Of a stretch of 64,000 nt of DNA, positions 1 to 12,767 are shown one piece after another (position 1 is the first letter of the stretch; every line of letters begins with the position of its first letter). This stretch comes from Sphyrna mokarran (Eukaryota): positions 12,772,001-12,836,000 of the forward strand of contig JAGIQG010000036.1 of the NCBI GenBank assembly GCA_024679065.1, read 5' to 3'. The notes under the pieces were generated by a model. The model made no database searches and was not told the DNA's origin. It worked only from the letters and a program-made list of their open reading frames with translations. The position numbers and the translations under genes are program-made.

Positions 1-524
1 CGTTTTACATACCCCCTTCCTCTGTCAAACCAATCAGAATGGTTGAGCTGCTAATTAGCAATGATTGACAGGATTGACTGCAGTTACATTCTCAGGAACT
101 GCGTCCGTCACTCCCATTTAACCTAACTCAATCATCTGAACTACAATTGATCGCATCTGGATTTATATTCAACATGTGACAAATGCCTAAGCAATTGAAC
201 CACATTGCTCGAAGGAAGGCCTTTAGAAGTCAGAGAACGCAACATGGGAACTTGCACATCACCACTGGCTTATTAGTTTGCTCTATGATAACAAAGTGGA
301 TTGAATGATCCCGCCATGAGGGATCATTCGATATGCAGCTAACTCAGGCTCCCTCAGAAGCGCCAATCAATGAAATCGATTGTGACAATTGGCAGATGTG
401 GAATTCTGTGTATGGGTGAGCTTATATCGCATTTATCTCTGTCTCCCTTTCTCTCCCTTTGTCATTCCCCCTTTGTCTCACACTATGCTCTTTTTTAAGT
501 AGCCCCTCTCTGCTTCCTTCAAAG

Positions 525-781
525 TAAAGTTTACTTACTAATCACAAGTAAGGCTTATATTAACACTGCAATGAACATACTGAGAAATTCCCCTAGTCGC
601 CACAATCCAACGCCTGTTCGGGTCAATGCACCTAACCAACACGTCTTCCGGACTGCAGAAAGAAACCGGAGCACCCGGAGGAAATCCACGTAGACACGGG
701 GAGAATGTGTAGGCTCCACACAGACAGCGACTCAAGTCCGGAATCGAACCGCTATGCTAACCACTGTGCCACTGTGCCGCC
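525..781 (-). mobile_element. tRNA-headed V-SINE (HE1-like)
   Basis: Minus-strand GGCACAGTGGTTAGC head, GGTTCGATTCC B-box and V-domain (CCCCGTGTCT...GGTGCTCCGGTTTC). Confidence 0.8.
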
Positions 782-1075
782 ATAACTCCATCTCTGTCTC
801 TCAATCTGTCTCACTCACCGTCCCGACCCCTCTCTCTATCTCATTCTGTTTCATCTTTCCATTCTGTGTCTCCCAGTCTTTCTCTTTCTGTATATCTAAT
901 TGACTTCTTGCTCGTTCTCTCTCTCTGCATCGTTCTGTTCTTCGCTTATTCGTGCGCTTTTTCTTTGTATCTCTCTCTCCTCTGTGTTGCCTTCTCTGGC
1001 CTCTTCATTCCCTCGCTCTCTATTTATCAGCCTCTTTTTTGGCTAACTTGCCTGTCTGCTCTCTTTCTGGTTTCC

Positions 1076-1114
1076 GCTTTTTGTACGACGCACCTCGCCT
1101 TTTGCTGCGCTGTG
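1076..1114 (-). other. 23-RSS of V1
   Basis: CACAGCG + 23-bp spacer CAGCAAAAGGCGAGGTGCGTCGT + ACAAAAAGC. Confidence 0.92.
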
Positions 1115-2113
1115 CCTTACTACAGACGCAGTAAAAAACGGCGGAACGTGACAGATTGGCCGACTTCAACAGAAAGTGCGTGTTGTTGGGCCTCTCGGCT
1201 GTAAAGGGCTCCTTGGTGTACGGAGTAATCATTTCCTTGGTGGAAGAATAGAACAGGGCTTCGGGTTGCGAGTCCGAATACTGCCGGTACCAGTACAGAT
1301 AGCTGTAGCTCGGATCCTTCAGCACACAGCTCAGCCGGAATGGCTCACTCCCCGACACCGTCAGAAACACCGGGTCCTGCTCCACAAAAGTGCTTCTGTC
1401 GCCTGTGAAACACAGAGTGAGATTCAAACTCAGAATATAATTATAAACTCTCTCCCCATATAGCTGTGCTTCCTACCCGCTGCCTCTCCCCCTTTCTCTA
1501 TGTATTCCCCTCTGCTTACTCTCTCTTTCTTTAACTATTTTTCTCCTGCTCTCTATATTTCTGTGCCCTCCTTTTCTCTCTCTGGCATTTAATCTCTTTT
1601 CTTCGGTCTGTTTTGTTTCCTCTATCGATGTTTCTTTGATTCTCTTGTACTATCTCAATCGCTATGTATATGCTCTCCCCTCTTCCTCTCTGTCTCCATC
1701 TCCTCTGCCCCTGCATACCTCACTCTGTCTCTTAATTCCTCGTTCTCACCCTTAATTCTATTAATGTTTCTATTAATCTCTATTAATGTTTCTTATTTTC
1801 CCCTCAGTTTGTTTGGCTGTCTGATTCTCTGCCTCAAAAACACCCGTTTTCACTCTTTTCCTGTGCCTTTCAACCCCTATCTCTGCTTTCCCCTGAGTAT
1901 CGTGGTCTCGCTCCCGCGTTCATTATTTCTAAATCTCTCTCCCTCTATCTCTCCTCTCACCCTCCCTCGTTCTGTATTATCTCAATTTGTCTCTCCAGGA
2001 AAAGAAACTGAGTTGAAAGCAATCAGGTGCTGACCGGAGCTGCTCTCCACACTCAGACAATGAAGGAGGATTGTCAGACACACGGCTCCACAGTTTAGCA
2101 GTCTCATGGCCAT
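1115..2113 (-). CDS. TRBV: TCR beta V gene V1 (CxCS family, mouse-TRBV1-like); apparently functional
   Basis: Leader exon 2113..2035 (MAMRLLNCGAVCLTILLHCLSVESSS, GT donor, phase 1). V exon 1402..1115 after AG acceptor, with Cys23, WYRQ and YCVCS, directly followed by a 23-RSS. Confidence 0.9.
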
Positions 2114-2294
2114 CGCTTCCTTGCTCCTGGTTCAATCGGGAGCAAAATCTCAGGCAAAGACACCAGTTGGTTCCTTGTTGGGGTAGGAGTTCACATCTAT
2201 TGCCACCATCTTATCGCCTCCGCTCAAATCCTTGGGGCAAATATGACGAGGATAAGATGTGGCACGCCTCTTTCTGCAGTGGGACCCATCAGTA

Positions 2295-2610
2295 ATCATC
2301 AAATCCCTCCAGTGCGGAAGGGGACTATTTGGCCCATCGAGTCTGCACCAATCACAATCCCACCCAGGCCCTATCTCTGTAACCCCCCCATCTTTACCCT
2401 GCTAATCCCCCTGACATTAGGTTCAATTTAGTATGGCCGATCAACCTAACCCGCACATCTTTGGACTGTGGGATGAAATAGGATCACCGGAAGGAAAACC
2501 TCTCAGGCACGGGGAGAATGTGCACACTCTACGCAGACAGTGATCGGCGTTGAACCTGGGTCTCTGGCGCTGTGAGGCGGTAGTGCTAACCACTGTGCCA
2601 TCATATCGCC
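2295..2610 (-). mobile_element. V-SINE (HE1-like) with CR1-type tail
   Basis: Head, V-domain and GGGCC..ATGGCC-type tail; paralogous copies at ~14035-14353 and ~29125-29436. Confidence 0.75.
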
Positions 2611-3760
2611 CGATGGCATAATCATTGACATTGCTCAGAGAATGAGACACATCTAGTGTCTGTACAGTAGGTGTTTCAGGAACAGTCACCATCAAAGTTG
2701 GGTCTTTCAATGCTCCACCCTCCCTGTTCTGATTGCGGGGCTAGCTTTGTCCTCGCTGATTGGTATTTTATTTAATTTGATTTGATCTGATTTATTATTG
2801 TCTTACATATTAGTATACAATGAAAAGTATTGTTTCTTGCGCACTGTACAAAAAGCATGCCGTTAGCATACTAGGTCCCATGATGCTGTGAGGCAGCAGT
2901 GCTAACCACTGTGCCAACTCTTGTTACCCCCCCCCGCCACACGCTCCCCCCCTTGTGATACTCCGTTTTACAGTCAACTTACGAAGACATGTTCTAGACA
3001 CTTACCTCCCATTAACTTGATTACAGAAGTTCAATGGTGAACTGCTGGATTTTAATACAAGGATTTGATAGGCAACATAGAGAGGAATTATATTCTCTGG
3101 TGTGAAAAACTCCAGAACAAGGCTGTAGAACTTAGATCCTGGATGATATTACGAAACAATTTTTCATGTAAACAACCCTGGAAAGCAAAGCTCTGCCCCA
3201 GAGATTGAGGATGAGTGTCAATTAGAAAGTTAGGTATAAATATTCATAGCTTTATTTGTCAGATAAAAATGTTGAGCCATGTGGAGCTAACGCAGTTGAA
3301 TATAAAGATCAATTGTGAGGCAACTGCGTGGACGGAAGAGTCTCTTCCTGTTCAACCCATTTGAGGAATGGATGGACACTTGCCTTTCCTGTGTAACATG
3401 ACTGACGGCTGAATGACCTCTTCCTGTCCCTTTGTAACAGGCTTGAGGAGCTGGGTAGACTCTTCTTGTTCCTATGGAATAGGCATGAGGGGCTGAAAGG
3501 ACTTGTTCTATTATTTGCATTTGGGCAATTGCTTTGTTCCATCGCACTGCACCTCCCACAGCTCTCAATAGGTTATCAGGGAATAAGATGCAAGCGTTTT
3601 TGAGTTTGCTAAACGCAGTTCTGGCATAATCTTTGAAAAAAAATTTCTTCGTAACTTTTTCAGCGTCTCGATATCTAATCACTCATCTTGCCTCACCCAA
3701 ACTGAAACGGGCTGAAGCAGCTTGCGTGTTTTCATTCGCAGCTGTTTCCTGCTGATGTGG

Positions 3761-4238
3761 GGCTCTTGTTGAACTGCTCCATTCTTCTGAGTTGCTCTGA
3801 AGGCTCCAGGTGCAATAATACATGGCCGAGTGATTTATCCGCAGGCTGGAGGATTCCGGATCAAATTCGGAGCCACTCGGGGTCGCTTCGCGGTGAAGCT
3901 GTCCACCGTCTTCAGTGGATCGACATGATTTGCAGCTGCCTCCCGGAGGATTGTCTGCACCAGTACATGTCACCTCTACTGGTTTCCTCGACAGCGCATT
4001 CCAACTCCAAATTCCATTCCAAATGGAAACAGCTGAGGGAGCCTGACAGATTATCTCTGAATTCACTTCGGGCGATAAAATCGGGAGAGGGGGTGGTCAG
4101 TAAACAGAAGCATTATAGAGAAGGAGGGACGGATGAAATCAAAAATTAAACAAAAAACTAGAAGAATATGGAAGTGGAATATTGTTGCTTGAAAAATCAC
4201 TTAGACCGAAATAAAATGACACTTAATAACAGATAGAT
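3761..4238 (-). pseudogene. TRBV: TRBV pseudogene V2 (CAWS family)
   Basis: V exon ~4068..3800 with frameshifts and FR2 deletion but retained NHSAMYYCTWS. Acceptor AG->CG (4069-4070), leader ATG->ATC, degenerate RSS CAGAGCA-23-ACAAGAGCC (3761..3799). Confidence 0.85.
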
Positions 4239-6638
4239 ATTTTTACTTTGAACTTGTCTTCTAGCAGAAGGATGAGGAAAAGGAGGAAAGATCAGTCCTG
4301 GTGCGAATGAATCCGTCTCCCTTTGGATCATTGAGGCCCCAAATAAATAGTGCAAGTACGCGCATGGCCCTCCACGGTGATGGAAAAAATTGGCTATAAG
4401 TGGAGCCAATAAGAACAGAAGTTTTCTTGGAGGCGGTGGAAGCGAGTAGGCCAAAGGAGTGGCAGCTGAAGGTTAGATCAGCACAAGGAAAAGAGACGAG
4501 AATGGATTCTAACTAGTGAGAAAAGAGGAACGCCGGAGCTGCAAAGGAATTAGTTATCCATCTCCACAAATACAGGTGTCAAAAGTAGGGAGAGAGTCAA
4601 AGGAGATTAAATTTGATTTATCATTGCCACATGTATTGGGAAAAGTGTTGTTTCTTGCGCACTGCAGAAACATACCAATCACTGAGTACATATGCCTCTT
4701 TCAGGCATGGATAGTGTGGATAGTCAGAGGGTGGAAACATCAATTATAAGGCAGAATAGGTTCAAGGTGAGAGAGGGAAAGTGTAAGAGAGATGTGTGGG
4801 GTACATTTTTCACGCAGAGTGATGAGTGCCTGGAACGTGTTGCCAGTGAGTTGGTGGAGGCAGGTACATTAGCAACATTTAAGTGGCATCAGGGTGGGTA
4901 TATGAATAGTGAGGGGACAGAGATATACAAGTTGAGTAAGGGCAGAAGCATATTTTTGTTTAGTTTGGGCATCATGATCTACACAGGCTTGGAGGCCAAA
5001 GGGCCTGTTCCTGTGCTGTACTTTTCTTTTGTTCGAGAAGCAAAAGAGAGGGTGACGAATGTAGTGTTACAGTCACAGTTAGGATGCACAGAAGGATCAA
5101 CTTAATATAAGGTAGAAGAATTTAAAAGTCTGGTGACAGCGTGGAAGAAGCTGCTTTTGAGCCCGTTTGTATGTGTTTTCAGATTGTTGCTTTTTTCTCC
5201 GTTGGAAGAAGCTGGAAGGGAGAATGTCCGAGGACCCTTGATTATGCTTGCTGATTTTCTGAGGCAACGGGAAATGTAGACAGAGTCAATGAATGGGAGG
5301 CTAGTTTGTCTGATGTGCTGATGTTCATGACGATTTGTAGTTTCTGGAGTCTTGGGCAGAACAGGAGCCATACCAAGCAGTGATGTAGCGAGTGGGCAAA
5401 GGGGTGCAGGTGCAGTTTAATGGACATCAAGCGCCATCACACACAGGCCCTATTCCCGAACGGAGACACCCAGATCAGACCCGCGCAGACACGACAAAAA
5501 TGTGCAAACTCCACACAGACAGTGCAAGAAGCCGGGAATTGAAACCGCGACCATGGCGCTGTAAGGTAGCAGTGCTGACCAATATGCCATCGTACCACGC
5601 CCTAGTAATGAAGGACAGAACAACTAGTCACAAATTCAACATTAGACCCAAGTTTTCAGTCGTGAGGTAAGTAAGCAGTTATGCCACAATGGGCAGTGGA
5701 AGTCTGGAAGGTTCACCCAAAATACAGTCAATGCGGATGGTCAATTGGTCATTTCAAGAGTGTGATTCATTGATTTAATTGGGTATAGGAATGGGTATAG
5801 AAAGCTGGGGGAGGGAATTAAGGTACAGACTAGATTTCATCTAATTCTAAAGAGGATTATATTGGAACGGCGATGTGCTTCTTGTTTCTATTGAATAATA
5901 CTGCAGGCACTGATGTTTTTCATGGTCCCAGAGCGCCCTCTGTAGCCCCATGTTGGGAAAGCAAGGGCAGATACAGCGTATAAAACGCCACAGTCTTATC
6001 CAAGTGCCCCTTTTCCTTGCTTTTCCCATTTTTAAATTTCTTTTTAATCTTTTTCCATTAGTTAAGTTAATTCTGCTGTACGCGGAGCTAAATTCGGAAA
6101 CCAGCTTCTGAATGTACGCAAAATCTCAACATTGGATGGGTTGAAGTTGTATCTCATTGACATCGTCTTCTGCTTCCTGTTCATTCGGTTTTGCATCTTC
6201 CCCTTAAAGATATGGATGCAATTCCCCGCGGATAACTCATTCTTTGATTGAGTAAGTTTGCTCCGAATTCCTTGCTGGATTCTGCACTTAATTTTTATCT
6301 TCCAAACTCCAATCCTATCCAAACCCCTCTCATAAATTAAAAAGAAGTCATCAGTACTATTTTGAACTTTTATTTCCCAACAGAAACCGAACATGCTCGA
6401 CCTTACTTGTTAGCTATTGTTTTAACGTTGCCCAGTGCTTCTTAATCTAATTACTCAATTTTATTGTAACTTCTTATTGTCAGGATACACTTACCCTCAC
6501 AGTAATGTCATTACAGTGTGAACGTAAGCCTACTTGTTACTAATAAATAAACTTCACTTTTACTTTACTGCGAGAGAAGGGGGTAAAGTCGAAGCAGTTC
6601 GTAACGGTGTCTAGAGCAGCTGTTTCCTGCTCCCTTAG

Positions 6639-6677
6639 GGTTTTTGTTGAACTGCTCCATCTCTCTGAGTCACTGTA
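6639..6677 (-). other. 23-RSS of V3 (heptamer position 1 C->T)
   Basis: TACAGTG + ACTCAGAGAGATGGAGCAGTTCA + ACAAAAACC. Confidence 0.9.
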
Positions 6678-7135
6678 AAGACTCCAGGCGCAATAATACA
6701 CTGCCGAGTGATTCACCCACAGGCTGGGGGACTTCAGGTTGAAGTCGGAGTCACTGGGTCGCTCGGCGCTGAAACCGTCCACCGATCCTTCTGGATTTGT
6801 ATGAGTGGTACCAGTAGAGCAGAACAGATGCTGCAGCTCCTTCCCCGGGCACTGCCTGTACCAGTACATGTCAGCACTGCTCTTGCCCTCCAATCTGCAT
6901 TTCAGTTCCACTGCAACCCCGGGAAATCCTGAGACAGCAGCGGGATTCTGGAGGATATTCTGCGAATCCGCCACTGGAAGAGAAACGGGAAGAAAGGGAG
7001 ATTAGTAAATGAGGATATTCAGAGCAACGGAGCATGCCAGGAAGCAAGAAAGAACAGCTTATTAGCGAGAACAATCGATTGAAAATTTCCCTCACGGTGA
7101 AATATGATGCTTGGACCCAGTAACAGATACATCAT
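6678..7135 (-). CDS. TRBV: TRBV V3 (CAWS family, ADSQNILQ subfamily); open ORF but defective RSS heptamer
   Basis: Leader 7135..7096 (MMYLLLGPSIIFH); V exon 6973..6678 open, ending NHSAVYYCAWS; heptamer TACAGTG. Confidence 0.87.
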
Positions 7136-7744
7136 TCGCTTGAAATTTCCTCTTCATCAAATAGAAGCAAGAACAGAACCGTGTGGAAACAATCGGCTCT
7201 TTTCCAATCACTGAGTGAGATTTGTAGATCATGGTGAAGTTGATGAGGTTTTGGACACGCCCCTTCCCCAGGCCGCCAATCAAAATTAACAGTTGTTATT
7301 TCCCCATTGCACTTCCGTAGTTTCTCATTACAAATGCAACAACCCAGACCTGGATTCGCAATCCGGACACAACGTTCCCATTTAACCAGACCTGAACTGC
7401 CTCCTCCAGTTCCTGTGTAAGAGGATGGAGGTTAGGAATGATTTCCTTCCTTCCTCTGTAACAGGCACGGCGCAGTGAGGGTTGAATGTGTTACCACAGC
7501 TGCAGCGCGAACTCTGAAACCCTGACCTCAGAGTTCTACAGCTTGCAACACTTCCTGCACTTATGGTCATGTTTAGGAAAGTTTAGGACAGGCATCCAAC
7601 TCGTTGAGCTAATCTACCATTAAGAAATGGTAGATTTATTTGGATTACTTGTATTATCTTATAATGTTGGTACTAACTCTCCCTTATTCCAGACGCTGCT
7701 TTCTCATGCTAAAAGTTTATTTTATGGGTCATAATTTTATGGGT

Positions 7745-8050
7745 TAAAGTTTATTTTATTAGTCATAATTAGGCTTACATTCGCACAGCAAAAAAAGTTA
7801 CTGTGAGAATCCCGTAGTTGCCACATTCCAGCGCCTGCTTGGCTACACTGAGGAAGAATTTAGCATGGCCAATGCACTTAACCAATACATCTTTGGACTC
7901 TGGGAGGAAATAGGAGCACCCAAAGGATACTCACGCAGACAAGGGAAGAACGTGCAAAGTCTACACAGACAGTGGCCCAAGCCAGGAATCAAATTCGGTT
8001 CCCTGGCGCTGTGAGGCAGCAGTGCTAATCACTGTGCCATCGTGCCACCC
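7745..8050 (-). mobile_element. V-SINE
   Basis: Near full-length head + V-domain + AT-rich tail; absent at the paralogous sites in units 2 and 3. Confidence 0.75.
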
Positions 8051-8114
8051 GTCTCAGCGCTCCTTACACTGAGAATTTAGCAGTCATTCAACTTAGTAGT
8101 TTCCTTGCAATCGC

Positions 8115-8495
8115 AGTAGGTGCATCACCTGCCCCTTTACTTCCTCTCTCCTCACTATTTGAGGCCCCGAACACTCCTTTCAGTTGGAGCAGCATTTCAC
8201 AAGCATCTCCATCAATTGGGTTTAATGTATTTGCTGTTCTTAATGCGGTCTCTTTTACTTTGCGAGGGGAGTCTAGACTGAGCGACCGCTTTGTGAAACA
8301 CTTTTGTTTAGCTCATGACTCTGACCTTCATATTGTTTACAATTTGAAATCAACACTTTTCTCTCATGCCCAAACGTCCATCCTACTGAAATTCTCCAGT
8401 GAAGCCCAACACAAACTGAAGCATCAGCACGTCACATTCCAATTGGGCACGTTATAGTCCTTGGGACTCAACACTTGGGTTCAATAACTTTAGAC
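8115..8495 (+). mobile_element. Penelope-like GIY-YIG remnant (paralogues ~19865-20910, ~37975-38367)
   Basis: Decayed ORF with RLGDRF..HFNS..KLE.Q..IF.LGTL..GLNTEFNN, typical of a PLE endonuclease C-terminus. Confidence 0.6.
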
Positions 8496-9426
8496 TGTGA
8501 CCTTGCTCCTCCATCTTGACCCCATATTCTATCCCAACTATTTCTGTCTCAAAAGAACTCCCCTCCCCCAAATGGCCATCTGTGACTTCTTCCTTCGTTG
8601 AATTTTCATTCAGCACTGACCCCATGAACACATTATCTTATTTTTATGCAGCTATCAGTACCTTCTATAGTGCGTTTCTTATAGTGCATTCTTTCTGTTT
8701 GTTTTACAGCTTTGTATGCCTTGTCCGCTGCCTAAGACTGTAAGAAATTACAATAGGTCATGACTGTAGCCCAATTCATCACATAAATCAGACTCCCATC
8801 CATTGACTCCGTCGACACTTCCCGCTGCCTCAGCAGAGCAGTCAGCATAATTAAGGACTCCATGCCCACTGGACACTCTCTTTTCTACTTTGTTCAGCTG
8901 GGAAAAAAACACAAAGTCTGAGGTCACATACAAACAGACAAAAGAACAGCTTCTTCCCAGGTACCATCAGATATTTGAGTGGATCTACTTTGCATTAAAT
9001 TGACCTTTCTCTACACCCTAACTATATCTGTAATGCTGCATCCTGCATTGTGTCGTTTACTTTTCTATGAATGCTATGTTTTCTCTGTATAGTGCACAAG
9101 AAGCAATACTGTTCACTGTATGCTAATACATGTGACAATAATAAATAAAACCATAGCGTCATTTACACTTCCTCTCTCTCATGTCCAAAACATGTCACCT
9201 CTCCCAATACAGCAATCACAGGCAATCTACTCTAGTCCATCTGGTCCGCCCCCCACCATATACTTTCAAATTCACTTTCACCAATTCTTAATCTTCGTTT
9301 TATTCTTATCATCAAAATGCGCATCAGGATGATTTCAAAATCTCTCTTCAGTGTTTTCTCACTGCAACTACCCACACCTGGAATGACAATTATCCATAAT
9401 GAATTTGTCATTTAATCATAGTTGGA

Positions 9427-9725
9427 TAACAGTCTCGAGAGAGGCTGAACGTCCTCCTCCTATTCCTGTCTAACAGCTTCGAGTGGGGCTGAACGGCATT
9501 TTCCTGTTCTTGGGTAACAGCCTCGAGTGGGGCTGAATAGCCACCTCATTTTGCAACGTAACAGTCTCGAGTGGGGCTGAACGGCCACCTCCTGTTCCTT
9601 TGCAATAACCTTCAATGGGACTGCACGGCTCCCTCCTGTTCCAGTGTAACAGCCTCGGGTGGGACTGATGGCTCCTTCCGGTGCTGTGTAACAGATTCAA
9701 GAGAGGTTGAATAGCTTCCTGTTCG
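9427..9725 (+). repeat. 44-bp tandem repeat (~7 units)
   Basis: TAACAG starts at 9427, 9471, 9515, 9559; consensus TAACAGYCTCGAGTGGGGCTGAACGGCCTCCTCCTGTTCCTGTG. Paralogous arrays ~24570-24780 and ~43450-43620. Confidence 0.85.
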
Positions 9726-10735
9726 ACTCAAAGATGTTTGGACACATGGTCCTCGCACATGCCCCTGCAGCCCAGTTGGAGAAAACAAATTGTGAAGAAC
9801 TATGCTGATGTTATCTGCGAGAGTGTCTCAAATTCCCAAAGGATAACCTAAAACTTAGAGGTGTATAGTGCTGGGAATATCATGAGAAACAACGTACAGT
9901 CCAGCGAGGTACCAGTCCAATCGTTGTGTAAACAATTATTAAAGTGTATTTATTAATGTAAAAGAAAATTTAAAAATGCACAAGAAAGACTAATATACAC
10001 AATGACACTTAAATATATTAATGAAATTAAATGTACCGCTTTAATTGAAGTTACCCCTCAAAATACACCCAAGTTCCCTAAACTCTGACACACCCCTTTT
10101 CTTAAGCAACATCCAATTTAGTAACTCATTCCATCAGCTCCATGTTGGTAACTCTGAAGACCCGGTAAAATGCAAAATTATTCACTTTGAAAGAAGTAAA
10201 GAGAAGGCAGATTATTATTAAATGGGAGAGACTGCAGTGCTGTAAAACAAAAGGACTTGAGGACATTTGTTCATGAAAGCCAGAAAGCAAGCAGAAAGTA
10301 ATAGGAAGGGTAAATTAGACGCTAGATTTTGCTTCAAGTATGGAATTTTAATTTGAAGGAGAGTTGCTACAATTGTACACACTGCTAGTGAAGCCACATT
10401 TAGAATACCGTGTATAACTTTGGCCTTCTTATTTAAAGAAAACCATATTACCACTGGTGAGAGTGTAGAAGAGGACTTGACAGGAAACCTGCAGGGAGGA
10501 TGTTCCCAATGGTGGGGGGAGTCCAGAACCAGGGGTCACAATCTGAGGATTCGGGATAGACCATTTAGGACAGAGATGAGGAGGCATTTATTCACCCAAA
10601 GAGTGGTGAGCCTGTGGAACTCATTACCACAGGAAGTAGTTGATGCCAAAACATTAAATGTATTCAAGAGGCAGCTAAGTATAGCACTTCGGGGCGAATG
10701 GGATCAGATGTTATGAGGAAAAAGCAGACTTAATA

Positions 10736-12220
10736 GTGGAAGGGTGTTTTTCTAGCTGGAGGTCGGTCACTAGTGGTGTGTCGCAGGGCTCGGCACTGGG
10801 ACCTCTTCTATTTGTAATATATATAAATGACTTGGAAGAGGGAGTGAGTGGAGTGATCAGCAAGTTTGCAGACGATACAAAGATGGCTGGACTTGCGGAT
10901 CGTGAGGAGCATTGTCAGGCGATGCAGCAGGACATAGGCTGGTAGCTTGGGCAGACAGATGGCAGATGGAATTTAATCCTGATAAATGTGAGGTGATGTA
11001 TTTCGGGAGAAAGAACGTAGAGGGGAGGTATATGATAAAGGGTAGACCTATTAAGAGTGTAGAAACGCAGAGGGACCTGGGGGTGCAGGTGAACAAGTCC
11101 CTGAAGGTGGCAGAGCAGGTGGAGAAGGTTGTGAAGAAAGCATATAGTATGTTAGCCTTTATAGGAAGGGATATAGAGTACAAGAGTTGGCCTTTAATGT
11201 TGCAGTTGTATAAAACGTTGGTTAGTCCTCATTTGGAATACTGCGTCCAGTTCTAGTCGCCCTACTACCGGTAGGATGTGGAGAGTCTGGAGAGAGTGCA
11301 GAGGAGGCTTACCAGGATGCTGCCTGGTACAGAAGATCTGAGTTACGAGGAGAGGTTAGGCAAATTGGGACTGTTTTCCTTAGAAAGACATAGACTTAAA
11401 GGAGATCTAATAGAGGTGTACACCATTATGAGGGTATAGATAGAGTAAACAGGGTAAAGCTTTTTCCTAGGATGGACACTAATAGCACGAGGGGTCACGG
11501 GCTTAGGGTGAGGTGGTAAGGTATAATTTGGATGCTAGAGGGACTTTTTTCACACAGAGGGTGGTGAGGGTATGGAATGCGCTGCCAAGTGGTGGAGGCA
11601 GGTACTCTGGTGTTATTTAAGAAATACTTAGATGGGCACATGAATAGAATGGGAATGGAGGGGTATAGAAAACTGATTTAAAGTAGGGATCATGAGCCTT
11701 GGGAGTCCCTGGGAAGTGTGTAAATAGATAATGATATTGATGTACTTGTTTTTACCCTACAGGTGCTTTGGTCCACCTTGTTGTCTAACGAGGGGCATAC
11801 ACGCTATGGGTCGTGAGAGGGCTGCTCTTGGATTTTTTTTTCGAGATATCCTAGTGCTTCACGTCGTTAGCGTACGCTTGACCTAGACCATTTGATGGGC
11901 AACACGACAGCTCAGTGACTATCGCTGTGCTGTGCAGATACAAGGATTTGGGTCTGTGCCTGTGGGAGTTTGCGCATTCTCCCTGTGCTTGCGTGGGTTT
12001 TCTCCGGGTGCTCCAGTTTCCTCCCACATGCCAAAGGTGTGCTGTTAGGCTAATTGGCAAAACAAATTTTCCCTAAATTGTCTCAAATTTGGTTCTTAAT
12101 CCATAGATCTATAAACATGGACAGGGATCGCGGGTAGAGGTGGGAACATCGGGATGGCAGCGCGGGCTCGTTGGGCCGAAGGGCCTGTTTCCCGTGCTGT
12201 TTTGTTCTTTGTTCTTTGTT
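10736..12220 (+). mobile_element. 5'-truncated CR1-clade LINE with long 3' UTR
   Basis: RT C-terminus (SGV.QGS.LGP, KFADDTK, PHLEYCVQF) with frameshifts and stops; 3' UTR ends in a TGTTCTT repeat. Confidence 0.88.
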
Positions 12221-12221
12221 G

Positions 12222-12495
12222 TTATTTATTTATTAGCCACAAGTAAGGCTCACATTACCGCTTCAATGAAGTTAGTGTGAAATTCCCCTAGCCACCACAT
12301 TCCTGTGCCTGTTCGGGTCAATGCACCTAACCAGCACGTCTTTTAGACTGTGGGAGGAAATCCACGCAGACATGGGACGTGCAATCGCCATACAGTGACA
12401 CAAGCCGGGAAAGAGAAGTGGGAGTATCCCAAGCTGGGAATTGAACCCGGCTCCCTATCCTTCTGAAGCAGCAATGCTGACCTCTGTGCCAAAGT
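12222..12495 (-). mobile_element. V-SINE at unit 1/2 boundary
   Basis: Homologous to 525-781, degenerate. Confidence 0.7.
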
Positions 12496-12767
12496 AACTC
12501 ATCTCTGTCTCTCAATCTGTCTCACTCACCGCCCCGTCGTCCCCTCTCTCCATTTCAGTCTGTTGCATCTTTCTAATTGTTACTCCCAGTCTTTATCTTT
12601 CTATATATCTAGTTGACTTCCTTGCTCGCTCTCTCTCCCTCTCTCCCTGTATTGCCATCTTTGCTTTGTTCTACCTCCTTTCTTCAATCCGCCTGTCTCC
12701 AATTATCTGCCTGTCTCTCTCTGTCTTTTGTCTAACTTGCCTGTCTGCTCTCTTTCTGGTCTCTGCT

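Noticed and set aside
9427-9725. CRISPR-like array
   Set aside because: Eukaryotic context; head-to-tail degenerate repeats without unique spacers or cas genes.
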